A DNA stretch of 64,000 nt from an uncultured Gammaproteobacteria bacterium (GTDB taxonomy: Bacteria; Pseudomonadota; Gammaproteobacteria; JAURND01). The DNA is taken from contig CAVQQD010000001.1 of the NCBI GenBank assembly GCA_963714975.1, forward strand, positions 64,001 to 128,000, in the 5' to 3' direction. Below the pieces are notes generated by a model. It was not told the DNA's origin. It was given only the letters and a program-made list of their open reading frames with translations, and did not search any database. The translations under genes were made by a program, and so were the position numbers. Shown here one piece after another: positions 1-10,172 of this stretch; position 1 is the first letter of the stretch, and the number at the start of each line of letters is the position of its first letter.

Positions 1-370
1 GATAGAGTTCGCGCAACGCCGCGGTGAAAGCCTGATTAAAAGCCAATTCCCTCGTAATCTTGTCGTGCTCTTGTTGAGCAGCAAGGCGTGCAAAATGCTG
101 TTGTTCAGGAAGCGTCGCGGCATTCAGCCCCAAGACCGCCGGCGGAGAAAGTTCCCGATACCAACGACCGCTGGGACCTTGCATGAGACGTTGATAAAGT
201 TGCCATTCTTCTTCGGTTAACTGCCAGTCTGCTGCGGGACTGGTTGAAATAGTGATGGAATTGGCCACTTGCGTGGTAGTTTCCTGGGAATTGTTGACCT
301 GCGCCCCTGAGGAGGTAAGAGGCACTAGACTAGCAAACAACATAAAAGCGGTAATTATTTTATTGTTCAT
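1..370 (-). CDS. ICE protein, TIGR03759/PFL_4693-like (runs off the window edge)
   Basis: Translated by hand from ATG at 370: MNNKIITAF...WQLTEEEWQLYQRLMQGPSGRWYRELSPPAVLGLNA...FARLAAQQEHDKITRELAFNQAF, the typical pattern of this family; ATGA overlap with the upstream ORF. Confidence 0.8.
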   Translation of the reverse strand, partial: MNNKIITAFMLFASLVPLTSSGAQVNNSQETTTQVANSITISTSPAADWQLTEEEWQLYQRLMQGPSGRWYRELSPPAVLGLNAATLPEQQHFARLAAQQEHDKITRELAFNQAFTAALRELY

Positions 371-1020
371 TGGTCTGCCTTCGACAGCGTTAGGGTCAGG
401 GTTTTACCCTCGGGGCTGCGCCAGGTCACTCGCTGCTGGGTAGAGTCGCCTTCCAGCCATTGCCAGCTCGCTAGAAGGTCCAAGCGACGTAAGGGAATGA
501 GGCGCTGCTGGTATTCCACTACCACAAAAGGTTCTTCGCCCATCACATCCAACGAGAGGATTCGAAATGGCAGGGACGTTTCGAGTGGCAATATAGGCTC
601 GGGTGGGGCGGGCAAGTTCTTCTTGGAGTTTTGCCATTCGACGGATAAACGTTGCAGGTCCTGGTGCGTCGCCAGGGTTTGCATCCGGGTCGCTAAGGTT
701 TCCAAGGCCGACTCGATCGATAGTAAATGCTCAAGCAATGAAGACCACGATCGGGTCTGTTGGTTCAGGTGGTTGACCCCTGCTTCCAACTGGCTGAAGT
801 GTTGCAGAACCTGGCGATGCTGTTGCGCTTCGCGCTGGGTCTGGATTGTCCTATGCTGGGTGCCTCCATAGACCCAATAAGCGACAGCCATCGCAAAAAT
901 TAAGCCAGCAAATGCTAAAAGAAACGGACTATGCTTAGCACGAAGCCGCCATCGTCGCATGAGCCGATACCATCGATGCTGAAAGCGATTCCAGGGGGGG
1001 CGGGTGGGTGGTTCTTTCAT
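367..1020 (-). CDS. ICE/GI-T4SS membrane protein (one TM helix plus coiled coil)
   Basis: Sits between pilL and the TIGR03759-like gene with overlapping stop/start codons; TM segment, coiled coil and C-terminal LPFRILSLD..G.EPFVVV motif. Confidence 0.65.
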   Translation of the reverse strand: MKEPPTRPPWNRFQHRWYRLMRRWRLRAKHSPFLLAFAGLIFAMAVAYWVYGGTQHRTIQTQREAQQHRQVLQHFSQLEAGVNHLNQQTRSWSSLLEHLLSIESALETLATRMQTLATHQDLQRLSVEWQNSKKNLPAPPEPILPLETSLPFRILSLDVMGEEPFVVVEYQQRLIPLRRLDLLASWQWLEGDSTQQRVTWRSPEGKTLTLTLSKADQ

Positions 1021-1442
1021 GAGTGACCTCGGGGTCTATAAGCCGGTTTGACTTTAAAACTAATTTCACGAGTTAAAGGATCGTCGACCAAGGTGAACGC
1101 CGGTCCCACTAAAGTGAGCAACGCATGGTTCAATGGGATGAGTTCTAAGTGGCGGTGCAATAAGGGTAACGGTTTTTGCAAAGTCGTTTTTAATGCGGTA
1201 CTTTGTTGCGTTTCCGCGACTAAACTATAGCCGCTATAACGTAGCAGGTAATGAATCGCCTCTCCCACAGTGTGTACCGTCGCAGGAAAATGCACCGGCA
1301 GTGTTTGCAGCAGCAAGTCGCTCTGCTCCGGCCGTGGCGTAGGCTCAACGCTCACATAGCGGTCTACCGCCACAGCATAGGAACCCCAGGCGGTGGCAGT
1401 CAGACCAAGCAGTACGACACTCAGGTATAGTCTGGGTTTCAT
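1017..1442 (-). CDS. pilL: PilL N-terminal-domain protein of PFGI-1/GI-T4SS ICE
   Basis: Signal peptide, then RYVSV..P..EQ.DLL.Q...VHFP..V.TVGEAIHYLLRYSGYSL and LGPAF.L..DPL.R-like motifs. Confidence 0.85.
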   Translation of the reverse strand: MKPRLYLSVVLLGLTATAWGSYAVAVDRYVSVEPTPRPEQSDLLLQTLPVHFPATVHTVGEAIHYLLRYSGYSLVAETQQSTALKTTLQKPLPLLHRHLELIPLNHALLTLVGPAFTLVDDPLTREISFKVKPAYRPRGHS

Positions 1443-1484
1443 GAAATCCTCGATGAGATGAATGAAGTAGGAGTAATTAGGGAA

Positions 1485-1709
1485 CTAGTGAAAATAGTCG
1501 GCAATATCCGGGCGCAGCTTGGCTTTGGTGATTCTTCGATCGGGTGTTAAAAGCAAACTCGCGTCTTCTAACTTTTCCGCTAATTTCCAACTGGATTTAC
1601 GGTGACCGATCGCTAACTGGCGCAAATAAGTCACCTTGGTCCCGGCGACCTCAGCCACCGCTTGTTGCTCTTCTTCCGTGGTACGTTTTAGCCAATCGTA
1701 TAATTTCAT
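1485..1709 (-). CDS. Cro/YdaS-like HTH regulator
   Basis: 74 aa; VAEVAGTKVTYLRQLAIGHRK HTH and LRPDI C-terminal motif. Confidence 0.75.
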   Translation of the reverse strand: MKLYDWLKRTTEEEQQAVAEVAGTKVTYLRQLAIGHRKSSWKLAEKLEDASLLLTPDRRITKAKLRPDIADYFH

Positions 1710-1720
1710 GGGAGCAAACT

Positions 1721-4063
1721 TTAGCTAAAAACTAAACTCGGTGTCAAGCATGGGGTGACGGCTCCTGGCGCATTATGCGGAATGCTGTACTGATGCAACA
1801 ATTGACAGAGGTCTTTGCGGCCTGCAGTAAAAGCGACCCTAATGGCATCATGACCGGCTTGATTGCGACAACTCACAAACCGTTGCCAGCCCCCCTTGGG
1901 ATCAGAACGTGCCATCCGATGGGCATACAATTGTTTTAGAGTGGCTTCTAAGACAGGATGAGAGCACTGCGGGTGTTGGACTAACTGATGCAATAGCGTA
2001 TTGCCAGCCGCATCTTGTCGATAACTAATCAGGTGGGGAATTAAAATCTCACACAGCGGCCAGGGTAGCCGCGACAAGTGGTACAAATGCGGGTGAGCTA
2101 ATTCAGGTTGCTGCTGGCCAGCTTGAATCAGTTCGGTTTCTAAATAGCGTAACAAAACGACAGCGGCTCGAGATCGACTGGGGACGGTTTTAAAAAAACT
2201 CTGCTGGGCAATGCCGTGACTGGTGGTTGTGCTAGTCGTGGTTTTGGAAGCTGAAAATCGACCTTGCTGCAAATCGTGGCTGAGCATTCGGTAAGCATGA
2301 ATGGCGGCATCAAAGGTGTGGCCCTCTAAACGCAGGGACAGAGGCGGTTGATGTGCGTGGTTATGGCGCGTTATCTGCGCTTCGAAGTCCTGATAGAGGG
2401 TCAGCATTACATTCGGGTCCGGGTACGGATAGAGCTGCAAAATTTTGTGTAACACCTGCTGAATCACGCGCGAATTTAAGGTGACGCTCAACAGGCGCTG
2501 AACAAAGAGCTCACGCGTGGGGCATTGATCTCGCTCTTGACTAAAATCGTAACTGCAAAACTTCAGGGCCACTTCAAGTTGCTCAAACAGCTGCTCAACG
2601 GGATCATACCAAGTAGCCGTCCCTCCTCCATCCTGAGAGAGTGGTAAGGAACAGACTGTTTTCATCTCTTGGGGCTGGCGTTCTGCTGGAATAGAAGGAG
2701 TTGTGGCCACTGGCGCTACCGAGGTCATAACCAAAGGGGAAGTAGAAATGGTCTTTTGCTCTTCAATCACGGCAAGTAGGGGGCGTTTTTTCACTATGGG
2801 ACGAGCAGGCACGATCTCACCGGAGGAAAAAAATTGGGTTTGAATCCCCTTAGTATACAAGGCACGCTGTTTGACTTGCTGCCCCTTGAAGCTGCCGGGT
2901 TGTGGAGTATGCAAGGTACGCTTGGTTTCCGTCAGCCAAGAGTGAGTTTCGGTTTCGGTAGGGGACTGCTCTAGGGCCTCCTCGTCGTTGAACTCGTCCT
3001 CGCCCGAGAGATCATCTGGTTCCAGCGATAAGCGCCGTAGCGGCGGAGACGTATCGATAGAAGTCTGTATTAGTACCGCTTTCTGGTGTCCTTGCCAAAA
3101 AGCCAGCCCACTTAAGCTCACACTGAGTAATAACGGAATGGCCCACAACACATTAACGACCACCAGGGGACACAGGGCCAGGGGGGTGAATAGCAATCCC
3201 AAGCCAGCTGCCTGACACCCCTGGCCAGGAGCACCTTTGAGGGCCACAAACAAAAGGCACCCGAGAGCGACTAGGCCAGTGCCTAATTCAAGTCCCAACC
3301 ATAAGCTGCTTGAGAGGGCACTTAAAGGTTCGGCGATCAGTCCCACAAGCGGCAGCTGGAAGATGATCTCACCCCATAGGGTGGGGTTGGCCAGGGTTAA
3401 AAAGGCACTGGCTAAACCCGTCACCATGCCGGTGAGGCTCCAGGGCCAAATGGTCGGCTGTTGTGTCTCTTCCACTTGGCTATAGGGATCATGATGAGGG
3501 AATAAGTCCGCTGGGTTTTGAAGTAAATAGATTGGAGCCGGCCATTTCGGATCCGTCGTTGAAGCAGCACGCACCGTGGGATAGTACTGCGCCCGCGTGG
3601 CCCAGCGCTTGAGCAAGGCGTTCAACACCCGTTCGGCATCACTCCATTCGGCGGATTTTGTGCCTAGGCTGTTCAAGAGGACAGCGGTGACGTGCTGTAT
3701 CATGTGACACTGGGCTTGGAGGTCTCCGGTCAACGCAAAAGGTACCGCCTGTTTTTTGGGCCGCTTTAATTCCTTGGAGGTTTCACCCCACACCACACAG
3801 CGATAGAGTTTTTCCAGCTCGCGGGTTAAGCCCTGGGTACGCTCACAGTACTGGCGCTCATAGTGCGTCGCATCTTGAAAGTGCCAGGCACTGTGTTGGC
3901 GCGACCTAAAACGAGACGCCTTACCCAGGCGAAAAGCGGTTTCTTCCTGGCGGTCCTGGTTAATGCTGTCTTCGAGAATGCTCAGTTGCAGATGGATCTC
4001 GTGCGATTGTGAATGGCGATTCAATGCCTCCACAATGTTCGGTGTCTTAGATTCGGTCGTCAT
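1721..4063 (-). CDS. Large effector-like membrane protein with C-terminal ankyrin-like repeats
   Basis: 780 aa; hydrophobic block at about aa 205-325, acidic/low-complexity linker, D..GNTLLH and N..G.DAI..A...G..DLCQLL ankyrin-like motifs. Confidence 0.55.
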   Translation of the reverse strand: MTTESKTPNIVEALNRHSQSHEIHLQLSILEDSINQDRQEETAFRLGKASRFRSRQHSAWHFQDATHYERQYCERTQGLTRELEKLYRCVVWGETSKELKRPKKQAVPFALTGDLQAQCHMIQHVTAVLLNSLGTKSAEWSDAERVLNALLKRWATRAQYYPTVRAASTTDPKWPAPIYLLQNPADLFPHHDPYSQVEETQQPTIWPWSLTGMVTGLASAFLTLANPTLWGEIIFQLPLVGLIAEPLSALSSSLWLGLELGTGLVALGCLLFVALKGAPGQGCQAAGLGLLFTPLALCPLVVVNVLWAIPLLLSVSLSGLAFWQGHQKAVLIQTSIDTSPPLRRLSLEPDDLSGEDEFNDEEALEQSPTETETHSWLTETKRTLHTPQPGSFKGQQVKQRALYTKGIQTQFFSSGEIVPARPIVKKRPLLAVIEEQKTISTSPLVMTSVAPVATTPSIPAERQPQEMKTVCSLPLSQDGGGTATWYDPVEQLFEQLEVALKFCSYDFSQERDQCPTRELFVQRLLSVTLNSRVIQQVLHKILQLYPYPDPNVMLTLYQDFEAQITRHNHAHQPPLSLRLEGHTFDAAIHAYRMLSHDLQQGRFSASKTTTSTTTSHGIAQQSFFKTVPSRSRAAVVLLRYLETELIQAGQQQPELAHPHLYHLSRLPWPLCEILIPHLISYRQDAAGNTLLHQLVQHPQCSHPVLEATLKQLYAHRMARSDPKGGWQRFVSCRNQAGHDAIRVAFTAGRKDLCQLLHQYSIPHNAPGAVTPCLTPSLVFS

Positions 4064-4139
4064 AATGGGAAATGTAAATAAAAAAGATTTAGCGGATGGG
4101 TGGAAGGATCGAGTGCACTGAACTCAGATTTTAATCACG

Positions 4140-4175
4140 AAAAAAAAGCCCGACCAACACAAGATTGATCAGGCT
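4140..4175 (-). terminator. Intrinsic terminator (tR'-like)
   Basis: Minus-strand RNA AGCCUGAUCAA-7nt-UUGGUCGGGCU followed by a U-run. Confidence 0.8.
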
Positions 4176-4211
4176 CTTAAAACGACATTCTTTGCTAACC
4201 GCACCTACCAC

Positions 4212-4252
4212 AGGATAGAAAAAATATACCCGATTTGTTTTTACAAGGTCAA
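4212..4252 (-). promoter_or_regulatory. Sigma70 promoter with downstream -10-like pause element (pR'-like)
   Basis: Minus strand TTGACC-N18-TATATT, then TATCCT 5 nt further downstream; lies just downstream of the Q gene. Confidence 0.55.
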
Positions 4253-4443
4253 GCAATTCTTTTTATTTTTTTCATTTAATTTTCTTTGTCACTTCAACAC
4301 CCCCTTCAGGATTTGTTCTGGCGCTTGAGGTGGCTCAATTTTATTAGCAGCCGCTGAAGGAGATAACCCATCCCCAAGCAGTAGCCTCAAATTAGTCACC
4401 CAGCTGGGGGGGGTATATCCTAATGGTAGTGCCTTAAAGAGGA

Positions 4444-4863
4444 TCAACAATTTTTAGCAGGAGTCGCTGCGATAGCTGCTGATTTTCTGCGTCTGTGACT
4501 CAGCCGCCCGGCCAACCAATGATGTGCTAAATCGACATAATGTTTGAAATGGGAGTGAGACATGTTGAGTTGCTTGGATTTGCTCCGCAGGGTCCCGCGA
4601 TCAAAATACTGGCTCTTTAAGGCTTGGGCCATCACGAAATTAAATTCCGTCAATTCTTTGACTAAATGTTCCATTTCTTCGGCGGATTCATTGCTGGGTA
4701 AGAGCTTGGGGTAATTCGCTTTGACGACAATGGCCTCGGTCATTAAGCGGTATTCCGTTGAACAAGGGGGATAACCGATCCCATAGCCGTGGCCGCGGCT
4801 GTACCATTCCGCCCATTGATAGAGTCGTGCTTGGAGGTACTGCATGAATGCGGTCGTGGTCAT
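4444..4863 (-). CDS. Phage antiterminator Q family protein
   Basis: 139 aa; RLYQWAEW...GIGYP N-terminus and C-terminal HTH ending HHWLAGRL; usual position after replication genes. Confidence 0.7.
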   Translation of the reverse strand: MTTTAFMQYLQARLYQWAEWYSRGHGYGIGYPPCSTEYRLMTEAIVVKANYPKLLPSNESAEEMEHLVKELTEFNFVMAQALKSQYFDRGTLRSKSKQLNMSHSHFKHYVDLAHHWLAGRLSHRRRKSAAIAATPAKNC

Positions 4864-4890
4864 TTTATCTCCTCAATGAGGTTGTTCGTG

Positions 4891-5478
4891 TCAAGGTTGA
4901 AAATTTTTAATTCCCTCAAGCAGTTGAGATTTCGCTTCGAGCTGAGGGTGCAGATGAACCAAGCGCGGCGGAGGTGAGGAGTACCCAAGTACGGTGTTGT
5001 GATGTTCACAGAGGCCACACAAGTACGCAGGTCCTGGCGAGGGCGGCAAGGTCAGTAGTCCTCGGTAGCATTTTTGAAATTCCAGCGCACGCAACGGCAA
5101 TTCCTGCAGTGGGGTGTGACATAGCGTCACCCACCCTCCCATGTCGATAATCACGGCATGAATCAAGGGATCGGAAAACATCACGCTGTCATAAGCTCCT
5201 ACGCTGCAAATAGCTTCAGCCACTTGCGTCCAGGCCGACAAAGCTTGTAATTCCTCGTTCCCGGTAATGCCACGCACAATATCACCGATCATTGGAAAAA
5301 AGTGTCCACGCTCCAAGCTGGTGAGGTGCTGATACACCCCCTGCTCTACGACGGCAATGTCGTATTTTTGCAAGGTGACCCAGTACAGTTCACTGACCTC
5401 TTCGGTTAACGGGCGCCGATAGTGATCCCCTAAAATTTTGAGCAGCTTGGTAAAGCGCGGCATATCCTGAGTATTCAT
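4891..5478 (-). CDS. DUF6475-like phage replication-module protein
   Basis: YW..L..YD...V, G.FFP..GDI, A..AW..V..AI..VG.Y.SV.F.DP.IH.VI.DMGGW..LC motifs; AGGAG RBS before the ATG at 5478. Confidence 0.75.
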   Translation of the reverse strand: MNTQDMPRFTKLLKILGDHYRRPLTEEVSELYWVTLQKYDIAVVEQGVYQHLTSLERGHFFPMIGDIVRGITGNEELQALSAWTQVAEAICSVGAYDSVMFSDPLIHAVIIDMGGWVTLCHTPLQELPLRALEFQKCYRGLLTLPPSPGPAYLCGLCEHHNTVLGYSSPPPRLVHLHPQLEAKSQLLEGIKNFQP

Positions 5479-5488
5479 GGGTGAACTC

Positions 5489-5627
5489 CTAGCTGCTGAA
5501 TTTTCGTGCACAGCAGGTCAACAAACTGATCAAGGCCAGACACAAAGGGAGACCGATTTTTTTGTTCGGCATCGAATAATAAGATGTGTCGGAATAATTC
5601 CGGTTTCACCGTCCGGATTTTAGTCAT
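5489..5627 (-). pseudogene. N-terminal remnant of a phage replication initiator-like gene
   Basis: MTKIRTVKPELFRHILLFDAEQ, then after a frameshift KIGLPLCLALISLLTCC; resembles the MARIRTIKPEFF..AE..GLPLRLAF N-terminus; truncated. Confidence 0.6.
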
Positions 5628-6493
5628 CGGTGTTCCTCTAATAAGGGTAGGTTTTCCATCACTCTCGTAGGCTTCGGGGAATGGGTTTGTAGAAAGTGAT
5701 ATTGTTCGCCACTCGGAAGTTCTGCGATTTTCTTAGCTTGTGAAATGCTCAAGAGCTGCTGATCCATCGCCAGAATTAATTCACTAACTCCCTTTTGAAT
5801 AACGCTTTTGGCTTGGCTATACGGAAACGAACTTTTGAAACCAAGGAGCTGAGCCACTACGGTACGTGTTTTCACACCCCACCCCACTTGTGTATCGCGA
5901 TACACAAGTAAATCGTTTCTTTGACCTTGGCGGTTCCCCATCACCTGTTCCAACGCCCGACCAATCGCTATTTTTTACTCACAGGAAATTGGACTAGCAA
6001 AGGCTCTAGGGATTTTTTTCCTTGCAGCACCTCAGGTAACGAAATGGGGTGCACTAATATTGTGGTATGGCCTGCTTGTTGATGGGCCCGTAAACGGCAT
6101 TCACAGGCTATTAACTGATAGTGATTGTCAACTAACAGCGGGCGTGATTTGGCAAAAGCCTGAGCATCATCAAATACAAAATGCTCATTTTTATAAATAC
6201 TGCAGCGTTGTTGAATTCTAATTTGCTGGATCGGCAATGCAATAGCCGGAAAATTGATGATAAATAGTGGCTTGTTCTAGATTTTTTTGAATCGCAGTAA
6301 AGTTTTGAACTAAATCATGAAAATTAATATAGCCTTCACTCACCACCACGATGCGCGCGGCTTGTAAGAATGGAATTTTTTGCCCGCGATTCAGCCAATG
6401 GTTCACCGCTTGTTGCGTGACCCCAATCGCTTGAGCCAATTTATGTTGTGAACCAAAATATTTAATGGCTTTGAATAATCCTGATTGATCCAT
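5624..6493 (-). pseudogene. Cro/YdaS HTH fused to a ParB-like domain, split into three frames
   Basis: AIKYFGSQHKLAQAIGVTQQAVNHW (Cro); LLVDNHYQLIACECRLRA (ParB-N-like); G.RQGQRNDL...AQLLGF...ISQAKKIA (ParB HTH region). Confidence 0.65.
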
Positions 6494-6546
6494 CTCTTAC
6501 GCCAATTCAATAAAAATCACTGTAGAGCGGAATCGTAAAGATTTTT

Positions 6547-6566
6547 TTGACAACACATGTTGTCAA
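6547..6566. promoter_or_regulatory. Operator-like palindrome overlapping a -35 hexamer
   Basis: TTGACAACA-CA-TGTTGTCAA about 55 bp upstream of the Cro-ParB gene. Confidence 0.6.
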
Positions 6567-6674
6567 TTCCAGTACTACAGAGATTGGCGATGGAATAAGT
6601 TCCTAAAACTTCAAAATATTCCAACTACTTAAATAAAACTTAAAAGAGAGAAATTCGTATTTTTTGGAACTTAC

Positions 6675-6705
6675 GTCAATACCGTATTTTTTATACGGTA
6701 TTGAC
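6675..6705. repeat. 13-bp inverted repeat
   Basis: GTCAATACCGTAT-TTTTT-ATACGGTATTGAC. Confidence 0.8.
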
Positions 6706-6742
6706 AACAGTTGCTTTTGATGATTTTGGATACAAGCGAAAT

Positions 6743-6831
6743 ATAAATAGAGTTCTTTTATGTAATGCTGTCGAATTTATGTAACGTAATTAAGCTTCAG
6801 CGACAGCATTACATAAAAGAACTCTATTTAT
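6743..6831. repeat. 31-bp perfect inverted repeat with 27-nt spacer
   Basis: ATAAATAGAGTTCTTTTATGTAATGCTGTCG (6743-6773) and its exact reverse complement (6801-6831). Confidence 0.9.
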
Positions 6832-7094
6832 TTCCTCTAGCAATGCAAGGAAGCCTCTTTTTTTGCTGTGGAATTTTCCTGAAACACTGAAAAAAGATGC
6901 TAGTAAAATCGGTTATTTTGACTAGGAAGATATTCTGAATATTAACATGCTACTCATCCTCCTATTATGCTGAGAATTGGTCAAATTGAAGAAGTAAGCA
7001 ATACGACCACTGCATCATAAATGGTGGTGTTCATTCTTATTTTATTATGATACATTGCAGTTTTTGCCACTAATCTACAGATGGGGAAAGATTT

Positions 7095-7616
7095 ATGTAC
7101 TTCCAGAGCGAAAAAAAATCTTTTTTGCAGCAAATTATTAAGAATTTGCTTCATTTAGTTCATACACTTTATGGTCAATTACAACAAAAAAGACAAGAAT
7201 TTTTGCCCAAATACCGGCTAGTTGATTGGTATGTAAAAAAGCAAAATGGAGAAGGGTTTTGTCAAATTCAAATAATAGGTACAAGTCAAGTTTTGGATTA
7301 CCGCCCACAAGAAATTGCCGGAAATGAATCTTTGCTTTATGGTTTTTCTGCGGAGGATATCAGCACTATTGTTAACTTAGCGCATCAAGAACGACGCAAA
7401 CCAACACTTAAAATCTTGGAAATAAATTATTTAGAACAAGCCATTAACATACAAAAAAATAATGGGGAAATAATGATTATAAAAATAACGGAACTTCATT
7501 TACTTACAAAATCTCTAACTGAATTTAATTTAACGGATGCTTTTAAATTGGGTAGATTGATGGGTGATGAGGATAATAAAATCAATTTACACTTGAATAA
7601 AAGCGATGGAAAATAA
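7095..7616 (+). CDS. Hypothetical protein upstream of a VUT-family transporter
   Basis: 173-aa ORF overlapping the start of the next gene. Confidence 0.6.
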   Translation: MYFQSEKKSFLQQIIKNLLHLVHTLYGQLQQKRQEFLPKYRLVDWYVKKQNGEGFCQIQIIGTSQVLDYRPQEIAGNESLLYGFSAEDISTIVNLAHQERRKPTLKILEINYLEQAINIQKNNGEIMIIKITELHLLTKSLTEFNLTDAFKLGRLMGDEDNKINLHLNKSDGK

Positions 7617-8345
7617 TTACAACGAACTTCTACCAAAACCTTCCGCACAGGAGAGGGCTAAAAATTTCAATGCTCAAGAATATAAATATTTGACGTTTTT
7701 TAGCATGTTATACATGAGCATTATGTTATGTAACGCCATATTAACCAATCGATATACTAGTGTGGGATTTGATAATTATGTACTGGGAGGCAGCTTCACC
7801 TCTCCCTTAATTTTCATCCTGGGGATATCATCGCTGAACTTTTTGGTTATAAAGTAACTAGGAGCATGATTTATTTCGGTTTCATCTGCCAAACATTATT
7901 TGCCATTGTTTGCCAACTTGTGATCTCTGCTCCATTCCCTGGATTTTGGCAAGATTCAGATGCTTATACGCTTATCTTTGGCTCACTTTTGTATATCACT
8001 TTTAGCTCATTTGTAGCTTTCATCCTGGCTGGGTTAATTAATATTCGTATCCTTACCCATTGGAAAGCACTACTACGCGGGCGTTATTTTTGGCTCAGGA
8101 GTTTTAGTTCATCTACTTTTGCAGAAGCTATTTATTCGGCTATTGCCATCTTCATGATGGAAATAAACGCTATACCCATGCACAACATTCTCACGCTCAT
8201 TCTTACTAGTTATTTCATTAAAGTTACTTACTCCGTCGTACTTGCAGCGCCAAGTAATATCTTAGTTAATTTCATCAAAAAAACGGCTAAAATTGATGCT
8301 TACGATAAAAAAATTATCTTTAACCCATTTAAGAGTACTTCTTAA
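7606..8345 (+). pseudogene. VUT/YhhQ-family (queuosine precursor) transporter, frameshifted
   Basis: Multi-TM; GG....PL.FILG(D)II.E.FG and G..FWLRS..SS...E motifs split across ORFs 7606-7857 and 7866-8345. Confidence 0.75.
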
Positions 8346-8350
8346 TGAAG

Positions 8351-8894
8351 TTAAATTTTTGCTCTTATAACGGAGGGTTTATCTTCATCTTGTAATTCAT
8401 CTGCTTTAAAAGAAACATCTTTTTTCAATGCTGGATTGAGCAATAATTTCTGCACAAAATTGAAAGAAGCTTCATAAATACCTGACTCTTGCGATTCTCG
8501 CGGTCCAGCTATATTCAGTGTAGAAATTTTATTTTTTCGAATCCAGTTAATAAGTTGATCTACATTTTGATCTTGCAAGTAAAAAATAAAACAAGGCTTC
8601 TTGAGTTGTTCTGCCATTTTAATGGTGAATAAGGTACCTCCCATCGGTTCTCCCTTGACTCAACACGAGCGTGCCATCTGAATCGCGGATATTCCACGCA
8701 GTTCTTACCTCATAGTCTGCAGAATCTGTTTCCTTGAGGGAAAAATATCAGGAATCCGCCCATTTTCTGCTTTTCTACCCTTGGGACACCAACCCCCAAT
8801 CGGTATTTTACCCTTTAATCCGGCCCTTGAACGCTCCCTGGTCAACTCCTGCCTGACCTCCTGATACGATTTGTTTAATGATGCAATTAGGCAT
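8351..8894 (-). pseudogene. Circularly permuted YpsA/SLOG ('molybdenum carrier') protein, frameshifted
   Basis: KQIVSGGQAGVD, GGWCPKGR.AE.G, N.RDSDGTL, GGT..T...A....KP and LNIAGPRES motifs across frames. Confidence 0.8.
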
Positions 8895-8899
8895 AATAG

Positions 8900-9530
8900 T
8901 TACTCAAAATTAAAAATGGATTGCACAATAACGCCAAGGATTTTGAAATCTGGCGTGAGCTCTAATGTTTTTAAATCAGGGTCTATTGGCTTTAAATAAG
9001 CTATCCCTCCATCCACAATGTAACGTTTCAAAATAGCCAAAGGATGGTGAGCCTGCTTCACTATGACGTAATCACGATTTTTTAAATTTTTGGCTGGTTC
9101 TACAATTAATAATGAATTTTTAGGGAAGCGTAAATCAACTTCATCTTCCATCATCAGCGCAAACGCAGCCTCAGTTACCCCTTTTCCGGTGGTAATCATG
9201 CGATGACGCTTCTTGATGCTTTTAATGCCCGTCCAGTTAAGAGCTTCAACCCAGGAGATTACTGGAATTTGTTGCGGATTTTTGCTGCCTGGTACGTACA
9301 GACGACTTATATTAGCCGTTGTAGACACAACATCTCCAATTAATTCACCGATACTAATAGAAAAAAAGGCAGCAATAGGACTAAGCGTTCCTACATTAGG
9401 ATTGGTTGTGACGCTATTGATGATACGATTGATTACAGGCTGCCCTATCCCTGTTTTTCTGGCGAGTTCCTGAAGCATTTAATCCGTTGTTTTTCATTAA
9501 ATGCAGCAGATTTTTAGCAAGAACAGACAT
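8900..9530 (-). CDS. CI/LexA-like repressor (XRE HTH plus S24-like domain), frameshift near the 5' end
   Basis: ELARKTGIGQPVINRII HTH, IPVISW linker, AFAL...RFP..SLLIVEP, LKR, YLKP; the catalytic SM motif looks degenerate. Confidence 0.75.
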
Positions 9531-9740
9531 GTTACTTACCCCCGACCTAAGTTCATAATAATGATGCATAGTATCATATCATTAAATTTTTGAAAACTTT
9601 CTCTTGCTACCTACCCCTATATTTCCTTTAATTATGCAACAAATAATCCTTGCCTCTTAAAATAGGTCATGCTACATTGCATTATGCATTTATGCATACA
9701 TCCTAATACATGGGATATTAACCAACCTCAAGGAGAGATC

Positions 9741-10172
9741 ATGATGCCCAGAAAAACTGTTAACCGCTTTGACCTTAATCAACCCAATAATATTTTTAAC
9801 CTTGTAAAAGCTTGGAAAGATTCGACCGTAAATGATAGTACCTTAAATAGAACATTCAATTCCATTCCACACAATAGTTACCAAACTTCTAGTAAAAACC
9901 CTTACTCACGGGAGCGGCGACATTACTTTTTAGGCGGTAAATTTTCTGGAATTTATTTCACCCCGCAAGAAGCGCAGTGTATGCTGCATTTATTAAATGG
10001 ATGTAACTATAAAAAAACAGGATTAGCAATGCGCCTTTCCAGCAGGACTGTAAACTATTATTGCAACAGAATGCGGGAAAAATTACGCTGTAAAAATAAA
10101 AAAGAATTAATAGAGTTGGTTAGTGATACCGATTTCGTGCAAAATGCGACAGAATTGGCCAATAAAGATTAA
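9741..10172 (+). CDS. LuxR-type HTH regulator
   Basis: FTPQEAQC..LL.G...K..G..M.LS.RTV..Y...MR.KL.C..K.EL; divergent from the repressor. Confidence 0.75.
   Translation: MMPRKTVNRFDLNQPNNIFNLVKAWKDSTVNDSTLNRTFNSIPHNSYQTSSKNPYSRERRHYFLGGKFSGIYFTPQEAQCMLHLLNGCNYKKTGLAMRLSSRTVNYYCNRMREKLRCKNKKELIELVSDTDFVQNATELANKD

Noticed and set aside
6743-6831. Protelomerase (telRL) site
   Set aside because: Has a 27-nt asymmetric spacer and there is no protelomerase gene in the window
6900-7606. preQ1 riboswitch ahead of the VUT transporter
   Set aside because: No recognisable aptamer pattern seen
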